DNA of 63,696 nucleotides, filler included, from Octopus bimaculoides (GCF_001194135.2; 5 parts of 5 records of this genome joined end to end with filler, not necessarily neighbours in it); one strand, 5' to 3'; positions 26,508 to 40,147 are shown, counted from the whole stretch's first letter. Numbers and translations: made by a program. The notes: generated from the letters alone by a model not told the origin.

Positions 26508-28240
26508 TATATGTACATATATACCAATATACATGCGTCAACTCTGTTGATTTTTGCAATTAGTGATCCTGTCAGTTTTTATCCCCAACAAAATATAGAT
26601 TTAGCCAATATCGTAGAACTTATTGTTGCAAATATTTATTGTCGTCTGTTTTACTCTGAATTCAAATATTATAATTGATATGCGATCCCATGAAATGGCC
26701 CAAATCCTGATTTATTCCTGTATTTTATTAAAATATTTGCAATTTTCGTGCTTGTGGAGATCTTTTCATCCTTGTTGTATGCAAGAATGGGTGGTATTAA
26801 AAAAAAAAAGAAACTACATTTACTCATATTATCCAAATAAATTTGCATAATCAAGCTTTTTTGTCTTTTGTAGTCCAATAACTAAATTCCTTTATGTATG
26901 AAGGTACCTCTAATTTATTTCTGTTTTCCCGTTCAAGTTAGTTGTTGTTAAATAAGGATTTAGCACGGTGCATATCACTGCTCTTTTTGTTATTGAAACG
27001 ATGCGCGAATTCGTTTTTCATTAATTTTACTATTGACTGAAATTTTCGAAGTTGTCACCAAATTCAATTTATATTTGAATAAAATATGATTTTTCGATTT
27101 CTTTTTAATTGGTCTTGCATAATCGCAGGATAAACTGGTTGATGATTTTTCTCTCATACCCATTCTTAATTACATCTGGTTGGTTCCGTCTGATTTATGA
27201 GTTATTACCAGTTTGGTGTATAATTCATTCTGGTAAGCACTGTTGCTCAAAGACCGCAGAAGTCTTCGTTTATGAAATTGCAATTGTCTTCACCAGATAA
27301 GGATATATTTGTGTACATTTTTCTTCAAAGTTTTAAAATCTTATATTTCTAATACCCGTAGTTCTACTTATGTTAACTTTGATTCATCGGCTGCTGTACA
27401 GTTTTGAAGAATTGTGCCTGTTTCTGTGAGGGATAGATTACTGAATAACTGAGTGAGCCAAGTTATATACTACCAACTATGCGTATAATTATTAACGGTT
27501 TATGCTATTTCTGTGAGACAGTTCTTTCCTAGTGCATTATTACAGTAATTCAACATTGCTCGATGCTGATTTCACTGATATTATTGCATGAAATTCTTTT
27601 ATTCACGTAACTAACGTAAAATTTTGGATATGATGGAGTGAACTAGTTGTTGTATATTAACTTTCCTAACTGTATCGTATGGAATAAATGAACATTTCTC
27701 TCTTGGTCTAAATGGTATCTAAGAAAAAACCAGCTACGTTTTACGTTTAAAATTCAAGTTATCGTATTACAATTATTTCTTCATTGCGGTCATTCAGCAA
27801 AATTTTGGTCAGAACCATCATGAATATGAATATAAATGCTTGTGTAATATTACAACATATTACATGTGATCCATATTCATCCGATGGAATATGTTGTAGT
27901 ATTCCACAAATATTTATATTTATGGTGGATCCAGAGCAGGAATTGTTGAAACTACCGTAATGATAGAATAAACGTAATGTTTATAAATGTCTCTCTCAGA
28001 CTTACTATATTATGCTCCGTAACTAATAAATTCCGCCTGGAATTTCAGTTTCCAGGAAAGGTTTTCTGTAAGCGACAATGTCCACGCATATACACTCAGC
28101 TGCTATTCTCAAGGGAGCTCGGTGAAGATAAGATCGAACTGATAAATCCCCTTGTATATGATTTATATACACATACACACACATATATATATGTATATAA
28201 GTATATAGATATATGTGATAGATATATGTTTATATATATA

Positions 28241-28470
28241 TCAACCAAGTACCTGATTCACAAAAGGGATAGGGATGCAAGAAAAGCAGTAAAATGTGAC
28301 AACCGATGCTGACGTTGTCGAGTTCGTACTGAGGATAACCTCCACAACATTAGCAGTTGTCCAAAAATGCCAACACAGTATAATCTACCGATGAGACATG
28401 ATGTTGTATCTAGAACATTGGCTAAATGGATCTGTCGAAAGTATAAGCCCGAGGATACGTCGTTCATACA
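28241..28470 (+). mobile_element. RLE-type non-LTR retrotransposon fragment (CCHC zinc knuckle region)
   Basis: STKYLIHKRDRDARKAVKCDNRC*RCRVRTEDNLHNISSCPKM...RHDVV matches CxxC...HxxSxC...RHDxV. Confidence 0.75.
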
Positions 28471-28879
28471 TCTTCGACTTTTGTTTTTCTATAAATTTCA
28501 ACTATATAAATAAATAAATAGATACATCAATAGATAGAGATATATGAAAGCACACAAACATACGTATACATCAGCACATGAAACCTACTGCGAACGTGGC
28601 TAAATACCAGTTGGGGATATTCAACCAGGAAGCAAATTAACTAACTAGAATACGTTCCTGGATTGTTACACATCGAATCGTAACAAATATTTATAGGCAG
28701 AGACTACCCACCACGTTTCGAACTCAACACATAAGACTTCGAACAATTTATCCAATTTTCTATATTTTCTCACATAGACCAATTCATTTCTTCTAAAATC
28801 ATCCCCATGTATACCTATTCAGTTTATATCAATACTGAAGCTGGCATGCAAAATCTATATTCCCTCACGTTTATATATG

Positions 28880-28880
28880 C

Positions 28881-28968
<88 letters not shown>
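28880..28968. repeat. (TATC)n microsatellite
   Basis: Direct tandem. Confidence 0.95.
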
Positions 28969-28984
28969 CCCTTCGATACGTCCC

Positions 28985-29310
28985 CTGTACGGAGTACAAT
29001 TGTGTTGTATTTAGGGTGAACTTACGGGTTAACTGTAAGCTAGGAATGTAGTGTATAGCTTACGATGTACTGAGGGACGGTGCAGAAACATGACAACTAC
29101 CTACCTTGAAGAGACTGCACGCAGCAGAAGAGAGCCTAGAGGTGAACATTGGCGGGAGCTCAGTGAAGGGAAAAGATCGTTAGTGCTCTACCAACATACT
29201 CAGGCAGAACATGGAGGCTCGATTAATAGCATAGAGGTAAAGTTATTATCAACACATACAACTGACACTTCACAGAGGCTACACAAAGTAGAGAACGAAA
29301 ATAGAACAGT
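28985..29310 (+). mobile_element. Penelope-like element GIY-YIG endonuclease fragment
   Basis: NVVYSLRCTEGRCRNMTTTYLEETARSRREPRGEHW...LYQHTQAEH...VKLL...QR; an upstream Cys-rich piece in another frame (CTEYNC...NCK) resembles the PLE Zn-finger linker. Confidence 0.8.
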
Positions 29311-29924
29311 AACACCCGCCACCACACCACATAACCAAAGACAGAAGGAATGACAAGAGAGGAAAAACAAAAACGTCGTAAATAATACACAGAAACATAC
29401 AAGGTATTGCACAGACAATAGACATGTATGCACTTACCTGTGATACTTATGAGATATAGAGATAGATGTATAAAATAAATAAATAAATACATAAATATAT
29501 TTATCACACATCTGGGATAAATTATGAGATACAGAGATAGATAAAATAAATCTATATAAAGGGCTTGGATACATACAACATGCGAAGCGAACCTATACAC
29601 AAAAACAAGAAATTTCACAGACGGCCACAGCAATGTCAACAAGAAGATTAACAATAACAACAGCAACTACTACGATGGCAACACCGTGGGTGAACATACA
29701 TACACAGAGGAATACAGGAACTGTACCATAGTTTCGGGTTTTAGGACAGCAACAGCACAATGGAGTGAGAGGATAGGGCTGCTGAGGTGAAGGCCACACT
29801 GCTGCTAAAAGCTATGACGTACACACAAGCATACACACCGACATACACACTTATGCAAACGCACACACAGGCAAGGACACAAACGTATACACACAAAAAG
29901 ATACATACCTTAGAAAAACAGAAT

Positions 29925-30090
29925 GTAATAAGTGGAGCAAGAGCACACACAAAAACAAAAAGTGACGCTGAAGAGGTCACAATGAACATAATTTAAAATA
30001 ATAAGATAAGAACAGCAATAAACAAGTGAAGAAAAATATACATAGTGCGTGTGTTTATTTGGTAAAAAAATGACCGTCCCGAAATACAAC
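29925..30090 (+). repeat. Dispersed repeat (probable PLE terminal repeat) with a hammerhead half-core
   Basis: Homologous to the reverse complement of 43793-43985; keeps AGTGACG-CTGAAGA-GGTCACA (29961-29981) but lacks the GAAA half. Confidence 0.75.
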
Positions 30091-30497
30091 CAGGTATATA
30101 TACATACGTACANNNNNNNNNNNNNNNNNNNNNNNNNNNNNNNNNNNNNNNNNNNNNNNNNNNNNNNNNNNNNNNNNNNNNNNNNNNNNNNNNNNNNNNN
30201 NNNNNNNNNNNNNNNNNNNNNNNNNNNNNNNNNNNNNNNNNNNNNNNNNNNNNNNNNNNNNNNNNNNNNNNNNNNNNNNNNNNNNNNNNNNNNNNNNNNN
30301 NNNNNNNNNNNNNNNNNNNNNNNNNNNNNNNNNNNNNNNNNNNNNNNNNNNNNNNNNNNNNNNNNNNNNNNNNNNNNNNNNNNNNNNNNNNNNNNNNNNN
30401 NNNNNNNNNNNNNNNNNNNNNNNNNNNNNNNNNNNNNNNNNNNNNNNNNNNNNNNNNNNNNNNNNNNNNNNNNNNTATAATGACAGGGAGAGAGACT

Positions 30498-30556
<59 letters not shown>

Positions 30557-31283
30557 GTGTGAGGCAAGAAAGAAAGAGAAAAAAAACTTATATAGGCATC
30601 AAGATAAATTGAGATGATATCACTTTTGAGATTCCATGTGTAAAATGTGTGTCGGAGCGTAAAGGAACAGTATTCTCTTCTAATATTAGACGAAAGTACA
30701 GTCAACCCCCTACCCCTAGTATGTGTCAGTCAAGGTTTACTTTCACGAAAAAATCATAAATAGGGCCCAAAGGTGATCAGCAAACAACTCCTTTACGACA
30801 AATATTTAATGCTATACATCTTTATTTTTCCTTCTTTAATTCTTTCTCTGCTTCTCTATATCTGCTTCACTCGCAGTATCATTTCTCTTTACGTTACATT
30901 TTGCCCCCAACAATCACGATTGTTTCATTGAAAACTCGTAAAATCCCATAATATAAACGTGATGCTTTCTTGCCTAGATGTCAGTTTGAGCGACAGATTC
31001 AGTATCAATATACTTTCAATGTCAAGACTTTAGAGCATAACAGCAGGAGCAACAAGTATCAACGTCACAATGGCCATCAAACAACCGACTATCTAAAATA
31101 ATAAATGCTTGATTTTCGGAGATGTTTTTAAGTTTTATGGGTGAAAACGTTAAGATGTTTCCCAGCTAGTGTGCAGCAGTATCTGCCTGTTTTCTCTCAA
31201 CATGAATAATTCCAATACATCTTATCCACTTACTTCATACTACAGTTTCAAATTCTTTGCTGTTCTTCCTCATCCATCCATCC

Positions 31284-31330
<47 letters not shown>

Positions 31331-31335
31331 CATCC

Positions 31336-31394
<59 letters not shown>

Positions 31395-31420
31395 CATCTA
31401 TCTATCTATCTATCTATCTC

Positions 31421-33241
31421 ACTACTTGGAAGCCGTCCTCATAGCGGCTGGTTTTGGTCCCGTCTTCCGCGGTTGGATCGCTGCCTTATACAGCGGCATC
31501 CGCTCGGTAGTTCGCGTAAACGGTAATCTATCCAGACCTTTCGGCATCATGCGTTCGGTTCGTCAAGGATGCCCCTCTCGGCCCTTCTGTATGTATTGAC
31601 TCTTGTGCCTCTACTGTGGAAGCTCGCGACGCTGAGGGGCATCCCACGAAAGCTGGGATGTGGGACGAGCGTGTCTGCATACGCGGACAACGTCACCGTC
31701 ATAGTGTCGAGCCAAAAGCACATCGAGCTGGTCGGCGAGAGACTAAAAGAATACGAAGCGGTAATGGGAGCAAAAATTAACCGGGATAAGTCAGTGGGCT
31801 TGCCGCTCGGCACCTGGAGAAGCAAGCCCATGCCGTCTAACAGCGTCTCCACTGNNNNNNNNNNNNNNNNNNNNNNNNNNNNNNNNNNNNNNNNNNNNNN
31901 NNNNNNNNNNNNNNNNNNNNNNNNNNNNNNNNNNNNNNNNNNNNNNNNNNNNNNNNNNNNNNNNNNNNNNNNNNNNNNNNNNNNNNNNNNNNNNNNNNNN
32001 NNNNNNNNNNNNNNNNNNNNNNNNNNNNNNNNNNNNNNNNNNNNNNNNNNNNNNNNNNNNNNNNNNNNNNNNNNNNNNNNNNNNNNNNNNNNNNNNNNNN
32101 NNNNNNNNNNNNNNNNNNNNNNNNNNNNNNNNNNNNNNNNNNNNNNNNNNNNNNNNNNNNNNNNNNNNNNNNNNNNNNNNNNNNNNNNNNNNNNNNNNNN
32201 NNNNNNNNNNNNNNNNNNNNNNNNNNNNNNNNNNNNNNNNNNNNNNNNNNNNNNNNNNNNNNNNNNNNNNNNNNNNNNNNNNNNNNNNNNNNNNNNNNNN
32301 NNNNNNNNNNNNNNNNNNNNNNNNNNNNNNNNNNNNNNNNNNNNNNNNNNNNNNNNNNNNNNNNNNNNNNNNNNNNNNNNNNNNNNNNNNNNNNNNNNNN
32401 NNNNNNNNNNNNNNNNNNNNNNNNNNNNNNNNNNNNNNNNNNNNNNNNNNNNNNNNNNNNNNNNNNNNNNNNNNNNNNNNNNNNNNNNNNNNNNNNNNNN
32501 NNNNNNNNNNNNNNNNNNNNNNNNNNNNNNNNNNNNNNNNNNNNNNNNNNNNNNNNNNNNNNNNNNNNNNNNNNNNNNNNNNNNNNNNNNNNNNNNNNNN
32601 NNNNNNNNNNNNNNNNNNNNNNNNNNNNNNNNNNNNNNNNNNNNNNNNNNNNNNNNNNNNNNNNNNNNNNNNNNCCTCAACAGGGAAGGCAAAGCAGTGT
32701 TCATCATACTGGTCGCCATGGTGAAAGAATGTGTGTGGTGGACCCGAGCGAAAGGATTAGAGACGAAAACTTACCCCTCTGGCCAATCGCTCATCAACTT
32801 TTTCAAGTATCACTTGAAAAGGAAGGTGAGAATAGAGAGACAGATTTTGTCTCGTGAAAGTTTTATTAAAAGGTGTGTGAATGTAGCAAAGCTGGTGCGT
32901 GCGAGTGACGATACCTCTTTGAGCATGATCCTATAAATCGAAAAAAAAATAATTATTAAATAAAATAAAGAGACAGAGAGCACTTCGCTCTCATGTGTCT
33001 ATTCCCTGCTGAGGTTACCATGGTCTTTTCCGTAGGCTTTTCTCTCCATGGATAAACCTAATGTTACCCCGTTTTACACAATTGACATTTTCTGTGATAT
33101 ACGATACCCCCCCTTTTTTTTTCTTTTTTGCCCCTACCGATCCCTTTTGATCGGATTTCTTTTTTTTTTCTTTTTTAAAGAAAAGCTCTACAGTTGTATT
33201 TGTCCCCTCTGTGTGCAGCCCTGTGTGGCTAATAAAAGAAA
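31421..33241 (+). mobile_element. 5'-truncated Tx1/L1-clade LINE (RT to 3' UTR)
   Basis: YLEAVLIAAGFGPVFRGWIAALY, SVRQGCP, YADNVT, GAKINRDKS; ORF stop 32936; 3' UTR with AATAAA near 33231; (TATC)n on both sides; internal gap. Confidence 0.88.
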
Positions 33242-33361
33242 GTTATCTATCTATCTCTCTATCCATCTATCTATCTATCTGTCTGTCTGTATCTCTGTCT
33301 GTTTGTCTGTCTGTGTCTGTCTATACATGTATACATGTGTGTGCGTGTGTGTGTGTGTGTG

Positions 33362-33400
<39 letters not shown>

Positions 33401-33409
33401 GCGTGTATT

Positions 33410-33833
33410 CAGAGACCTGGAAATATCGCGCACCTGCAACGGGAATTGGACGCAAAATACAAATTGGCTGAGGATAATAACATGCAAATGAATGCTGTCC
33501 AAGCCCTGCGCTATCAGAAGACGAAGCTGAACAAATTGCTGACAGGACACACTGGCCCAGGTGGATGCCAATCTCTGAATGAAAATCAATTCGTGACCTG
33601 GACATTGACATGGATAATGATGCATCTTTCCAGGTGCATATTACTAATTTGGCAATAAAATGCAGTCGGCTAGCTGGATGGATCCTCCGAACTTTCGGAA
33701 CGAGAGAAAAAGAAACCATGATGGTCTTTTGAAGGACATATGTTCTCAGCCGCTTAGGCTACTACTCCCAACTATGGTCACCATTCAATATAAAATTAAC
33801 TGCGGAATTCAAAGCAATCCATCGAAAATCGTC
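33410..33833 (+). mobile_element. CR1-like LINE RT fragment
   Basis: LQRELDAKYKLAEDNNM, DLDIDMDNDASFQVHITNLAIKCSRLAGWILRTFGTREKETMMV, YSQLWSP. Confidence 0.85.
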
Positions 33834-34689
33834 NNNNNNNNNNNNNNNNNNNNNNNNNNNNNNNNNNNNNNNNNNNNNNNNNNNNNNNNNNNNNNNNNNN
33901 NNNNNNNNNNNNNNNNNNNNNNNNNNNNNNNNNNNNNNNNNNNNNNNNNNNNNNNNNNNNNNNNNNNNNNNNNNNNNNNNNNNNNNNNNNNNNNNNNNNN
34001 NNNNNNNNNNNNNNNNNNNNNNNNNNNNNNNNNNNNNNNNNNNNNNNNNNNNNNNNNNNNNNNNNNNNNNNNNNNNNNNNNNNNNNNNNNNNNNNNNNNN
34101 NNNNNNNNNNNNNNNNNNNNNNNNNNNNNNNNNNNNNNNNNNNNNNNNNNNNNNNNNNNNNNNNNNNNNNNNNNNNNNNNNNNNNNNNNNNNNNNNNNNN
34201 NNNNNNNNNNNNNNNNNNNNNNNNNNNNNNNNNNNNNNNNNNNNNNNNNNNNNNNNNNNNNNNNNNNNNNNNNNNNNNNNNNNNNNNNNNNNNNNNNNNN
34301 NNNNNNNNNNNNNNNNNNNNNNNNNNNNNNNNNNNNNNNNNNNNNNNNNNNNNNNNNNNNNNNNNNNNNNNNNNNNNNNNNNNNNNNNNNNNNNNNNNNN
34401 NNNNNNNNNNNNNNNNNNNNNNNNNNNNNNNNNNNNNNNNNNNNNNNNNNNNNNNNNNNNNNNNNNNNTATATATATATATATATATATATGCGTGTATA
34501 GATGCAGCACGGAATTTTGCCAGTGATCAGTTCGCGGTTTCAAAGCGTCGAAAATATTTTGAGAAATTAAATTAAAGTTTTGAAGTGAATCTAACGGTTT
34601 TTCTGTGTTTCTTAAATGGCTTATAAACACCTTCCACGCTGCAATTGATTTTGTTTCAGCACACGATCTCAGATCAGGTCACTTGCTAT

Positions 34690-35045
34690 GCAAGTACATC
34701 TCGGTAGTTGGTATAACTTTTAATTCCGAAGTTGGGAGCTAGACTTTCCAGGATCTTCCATATGTAAATCACTGCATACCTTTCTCGACGTCTCTCCAGA
34801 GAGTAGAGGTTCACTTCTTGTAGTCTTTCCCAGTAAGTCATGTGTTTCACTGAGTCAATTTTCTTTATGTAGTGGTGTTGGATTGAATCAAGTGCCGCCA
34901 CCAATTTGACGCTCAGCAGCGTCCACAGTTTGGAGCCGTAATCCAGATGACTCAGGACAAATGTCATCCACAGAAGTAGCAAAGTATCCTTATTTGTTGT
35001 TCTGAATGATTAAAGGTACATCTAGCTACCCGCCTGCAAACACAC
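34690..35045 (-). mobile_element. CR1-like LINE RT C-terminal fragment
   Basis: LLWMTFVLSHLDYGSKLW...YWERLQEVNLYSLERRRERYAVIYIWKILESLAPN. Confidence 0.88.
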
Positions 35046-35624
35046 TCAAGCGCGTGCGCACAGAAACACACACACACACACATCTTTATATAAATATATC
35101 CTTTCAACTCACACCCCTTTCGGCTCCATATCACCTTCCACTTTCTTGAAGCAAATCCTTGTACTCGCCCCATGAACCACACACATACGAAGAGAACGGA
35201 AACAGTTTTTACAATGTCTAGATAAACAATTTAGAATTATTACGAAGTACAAATATTTGTCTTCACTGTTTGAATATTTGTTGTTGTTGTTGTTGCTGTT
35301 CATCTCGTTGCAGCAACGTATTTTTGCTCTTGTTTCTTTATTATTATTTTTTTGTTATTATGGCTGTTGGAATATGGTGTGAAGCCGTGCTTCTTCACTT
35401 TTATTACAGAACAGAATACTCTCATGTCGATCGTACTTGCGAAATATTACAGGCCAGCATCCAACACTTACTACAAATTGTGAAACGGATTCTCCTCCCA
35501 ACCGGCAGTTATTTTCAGTAGCATTTTCCTAGAGTTGTTCCCAAAACATTGGCCTTGAAGCTAAATAGATACGGCTTTGCTCCTTTTATCACACATTTCT
35601 ACTGTTGTCACCAACCAAATCATT

Positions 35625-35960
35625 TTCATTATTTGCTTGTTTCAGGCATTAAACTGCGGCCATGCTGAGGCAACGCTTTAAAAGATTTATGTCAAATGAA
35701 TCGATGCCAGGAATTAATTTTAAGCCTGTTACTTATTCTATCGGTCTCTTTCGCCAAAGTTACAGGTATGTAAACACACCAACACCAGTAGTCAAGCGAT
35801 GGTGAGGACAAACACTCGCACACACATATGCACACACATATGCGACGGGCATCTTTCAGTTTCCGTCTCCAAAATCCACTCACAAATCTTTAGTTACCTC
35901 GCAGCTATAGCATCAGACACCTACCTAAGGTGTCATGTAGTTCGGAAGCAAATATCTTAT
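35625..35960 (-). mobile_element. SINE family B
   Basis: ACTGCGGCCATGCTG...TACTTATTCTATCGGTCTC...TTTCAGTTTCCGTC...ATCCACTCACAA, the reverse complement of 52586-52975. Confidence 0.8.
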
Positions 35961-36211
35961 CCCATAGTCATGCCTGTCGTATCTCCGACAGTTTAATTCT
36001 GAATTTTCGCGTCTCGTCTCCACACATGATGCGGATGCTGTGAACTCATCTAATGCATACATGAGTTTGATTGTCTTCTTTTCATTGTGCGATTCTGGTT
36101 CCAAAGCGTTGGGCTGTCCTCCTTTTTTTGCCTGGCATGTGTTTTCCCATAATGCTTACACTTACTTCCAGTCCTTTTGGAGATCACCTTCTAAATAATT
36201 TCTCAATACTC

Positions 36212-36428
36212 TAAGGCCGCGAACTGACAGAAACGTTAGAACGCCGGGCGAAATGCTTAGCGGTATTTCGTCTGTCTTTGCGTTCTGAGTTCAAATTCTG
36301 CTGAGCTCGACTTTGCCTTTCATCCTTTTGGGGTCGATAAATTAAGTGCCAGTTGCATACTAGGATCGATCAAATCGACTGGCTTCCTTCCCCAAAATTT
36401 CGGGTCTTGTGCCTAGAGTAGAAAAGAA
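36212..36428 (+). mobile_element. SINE family A
   Basis: Near-complete copy: CGCCGGGCGAAATGCTTAGCGGTATTTCG...GTTCTGAGTTCAAATT...CTTGTGCCTAGAGTAGAAAAG. Confidence 0.88.
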
Positions 36429-37094
36429 TTTCTCAACGCTCTTCAATAGTCCTTTTGAAATGGATATTAGATACAGTCGCATGGTATTAATGCTAAAAGG
36501 GATATTAAAAACGGACCTAAATTATTCCACTTGTGTTGGGATCTTCAGTCATAATTATATAGCGTATACTATTCTTCTTCTTCTTCTTGAATTTCATGCT
36601 GCTCATATTTGCAATAGAGGAGATGGAAGTGGAGGAATTCTGCGTCCATCTTCGACATAGTTCTGCAAATGCTAGTGGCGGTGGGCATGCTGTCGCAGTA
36701 ACGTCGCCATCAATGTTATAAGGTATGAAAGTGGAGAGAAACTCTTAGCGTTGCCATTGATTCACTGGAGAGAAGTTGTTAAACTTTTTCTCGTATATTT
36801 CTGCTCTTCTATTCTTTTGTCTGCCTCTTTCGTTAGTTTAATAAATTATCAAACGACACAATTTTTAAATGGAAATTTTTAATCGAATTGTTTTGAAAAT
36901 CAAACAATTCAGACACACCTCCAAAGGATACAGATAGGATTGGGTGCCACCACCGTCTGCGTTACTTTTCAAGTTTGTTACAAAACGATGTTATATTAAA
37001 GAAAACCAACTGAATGGCCAAATTTGACAGCGAATAAGTCGTGTGGATGGATCGATAATAATTAGTGACTAGCTTTTCAGTAACGATAACGATT

Positions 37095-37230
37095 ATGATG
37101 ATGATGATGACGATGACGATGATGATGACGATGACGATGATGATGACGATGACGATGATGATGATGATGACGACAGCGACGATGATGATGATGATAATGA
37201 TGATAATGATGATGTTGATGAAATTGATGA
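37095..37230. repeat. (GAT/GAC)n microsatellite
   Basis: Direct tandem. Confidence 0.9.
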
Positions 37231-37864
37231 TGGTGATGGTGAGAGGGAAGGGAAGTGTATGTTAATAATGGTCATGGTGATGATATTGAAAATGATGCAA
37301 TAAAGCCATTATATCAATAATATTAAATTTTTTTTTCTCAATTTATTTGAATTATTCATCATAAAAATAATTGCATCACATTTCGGATATTTTCATTCTC
37401 ATCAGTTTATTACAGTCTTTATAACTTTGTCTTTATTTGTGTTTGTCATACAATAACCATAGTTTTGATTACAATAGATAAATACTAATTTAAAACATTA
37501 GTACGGAAGGCTTCAAATCTATGTTAATAGATCAATCCTGAAAACTCTACAATTACTTGTGTATTCCTTTATTTGTTGAGAGTCTCCTATATCTTCTGTT
37601 GATTATGGCTCACTCGCATGTGGATTGATTGAATTCTGAAGTGAATTCCTTTTGTTTGTATACACATTCATTGATCACAATCGCTCATTTGATTATATGT
37701 TCAATTATATTTCTTCGTTAGCTCTATTGATTTTTCTCTGCATATATATTAATTAATCATTTGTTTTCCTATGCTCATTTTAGAGTAATGCTTTTACCAA
37801 CCAATAACTCAATTAATATATGAACAAATATATAAATTAGTTAATAAATGAACAAATAAAAGTA

Positions 37865-37930
<66 letters not shown>

Positions 37931-38309
37931 CTATACATACACTATTGTATAAGGACTTTTATGTTTATTATATGAAAATTGTATGTTCTCCACAGAACTC
38001 CATTTTGTTTCCTAGTAATTTGTACGATAGTCAGAACAAAGCTTGTTCAACAGACACTCGTTGTTATGTCTCGTTCTTAACAATAGGAAAGAACAATAGT
38101 TCCTGACACTGAAGAACACAAATAACTTTTGCTACTTTCAAGATGAAGGGATTCTGTTGTTTTCAAGAAAAACTTTGAAAAATGCAAAATTTAGAACATA
38201 GAATGTATTCTAATGAATGATGTGTTTAATAACTATTTCTAGTATTATGCAATTTTGTCAAACAAGATACGACCAAACCTCTTCTTTCCTTTCTCTACTG
38301 CTGTTGTTA

Positions 38310-39312
38310 CTAATTAGAGGCGGGAATAGCCGATACCATTGACCAGAGATCTTGACCGGTATCTTATTTTATCAAGCCGTAGGGATGAAAGATAAAAATG
38401 ACCACGGCAGAATGTGAACTCATATTCTTGAGTGATTTGAGCAAAGAAATAAAGCATTTTCTTCGAGGTTTTAACTATTTTGTCAGCTCATCTCCCCAAA
38501 AGATTGAGTTCTGATTTAGGTACAAGATCTGCATTTTGAAAGGGTGAGAGATTGTTGACACTATCGACCTCAATATGCAACCGACATAGTTGAGCTAATA
38601 ATGGTTTCTAGATGAGCAACAAGGCCAGGTGCTTTTTTTTATGTTAATGAAATTAATTGACCTCATGGTCTCCAATACATGACTGGTATCTTATTCAATC
38701 GACTCAAACAGTACGAAAGTTAGTCCCTGCGGGAATAGAACTCAGGACATACAGTATCGTACGAAATACTGTAATTTATTTCTCCGACGCTTCAACGTTT
38801 CCACTAGCTCACTGCTTTGAAGTTTAAGAACAAACATAATAAAAACAATAACAACGATAATAAAAGTATATTAGCATTGATTTCAAATTTTGTCAGAAGG
38901 CCTACAATTTCGGGGGAAGGGCTAAGTTCATTACATTGACCCCGCCTCCCCATCAATTCTCAACTAGAATTTATATCATCGGCCATGAAAGAAGGAAAGA
39001 CAAAGTCAACCACGGCGGAATTTCAATTCAGAACGTAAAAAGCGGACGAAATGCCACGGAGCATTTCCCCTGACCCGTGAAAGATTCTCTCGGCTCACCT
39101 CCTTAAAGAATATTAATATTGATGATGATATAAGCAAAAACCCTTTGATTTGAGGAAAAGGGGTTAGGAAAATCTATGTCGTCATAATTTCACTCGTACA
39201 TAATTTTATGGGACCCGAAAAGATAAAAGGCTAAGTCGACCTCGGCAGAATTTGAACTCAAAGCATAAAGACGGACGAAATGCTGCTAATATTTTTGCCT
39301 GCAGTGCTAAAG

Positions 39313-39320
<8 letters not shown>
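38310..39320 (-). mobile_element. Cluster of four to five degenerate SINE family A copies
   Basis: Recurrent AAAGTC(G/A)ACC..GGC(A/G)GAATTT..ACTCA and ACGGACGAAATGC motifs near 38310-38425, 38880-39105 and 39200-39320, with weaker ones between. Confidence 0.7.
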
Positions 39321-39347
<27 letters not shown>

Positions 39348-39399
39348 TAATAATAATAATAACAATAATTAATAATAATTATAATGATAATAATAATAA

Positions 39400-39795
39400 C
39401 CTGTTGAACATGCTCCATGGTAACTGACAGTATATGCATCTCTGATCACGAGCAGAAGTAGTGTGGGGGGGGGGCATCATGGTCATGTGCTGAGAGGAAT
39501 TTTTGGGAGTTTAAATATTTCCCTTCTGGAACCATGGGTGGTTCAACATTATTAAACAACGCTTAATCAGGGACGTTTTGAGTGGAAAGGGTTACTCGAT
39601 CTGACGAACATTCTAACTGGGCCCCACCTGCAAAATCATGCGGTGTTCATCTTGATATGAGATCCCCATGTCGCACACATATGGTTGTGGTGTGTGTGTC
39701 TGGTGTACCTTTATCAGACGGATAGTTACGGTGGGTATATAGGGATATCTCCGAGTCAATTTGATAGCATGCGCTGCTCTTGTACTCAATAATAA
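39400..39795 (+). mobile_element. Dispersed repeat family E (SINE-like, ends in (AAT)n)
   Basis: Reverse-complement homologue of 61168-61632 (TCTCTGATCACG...CTAACTGGGCCCCACCTGCA...CCTTTATCAGACGG). Confidence 0.8.
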
Positions 39796-40065
39796 TAGAA
39801 TCAAATTGTTGTTGATGCTAATGATGAGACAAGTATGCATTGATAAGAATGCACTGTCCTCAGTGTAACCACAACGGCCTCAACAGGCACCGGACACAAA
39901 CGGTGTCACTATCCGTCCGGCTATCTAAAATAGAAAAATCTACGGAGAGACTTTGATTGTTTTCTTCTGAGACCGGCATTTGCGCCCGAATCATGAATGT
40001 TTTCTGAACTGACTACATTGTTGGAGGCTGTCCTTATTTCTCATTCTACTCATCTATACACACAT

Positions 40066-40147
<82 letters not shown>

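Noticed and set aside
36040-36180. Gypsy gag zinc-knuckle-like peptide on the minus strand (KCKHYGKTH)
   Set aside because: Key cysteines are absent and there are no LTR or pol remnants nearby.
39613-39840. Similar ORFs here and at 61046-61354 ending in ...LQVGPS
   Set aside because: They are antisense readings of two copies of repeat family E, not a gene family.
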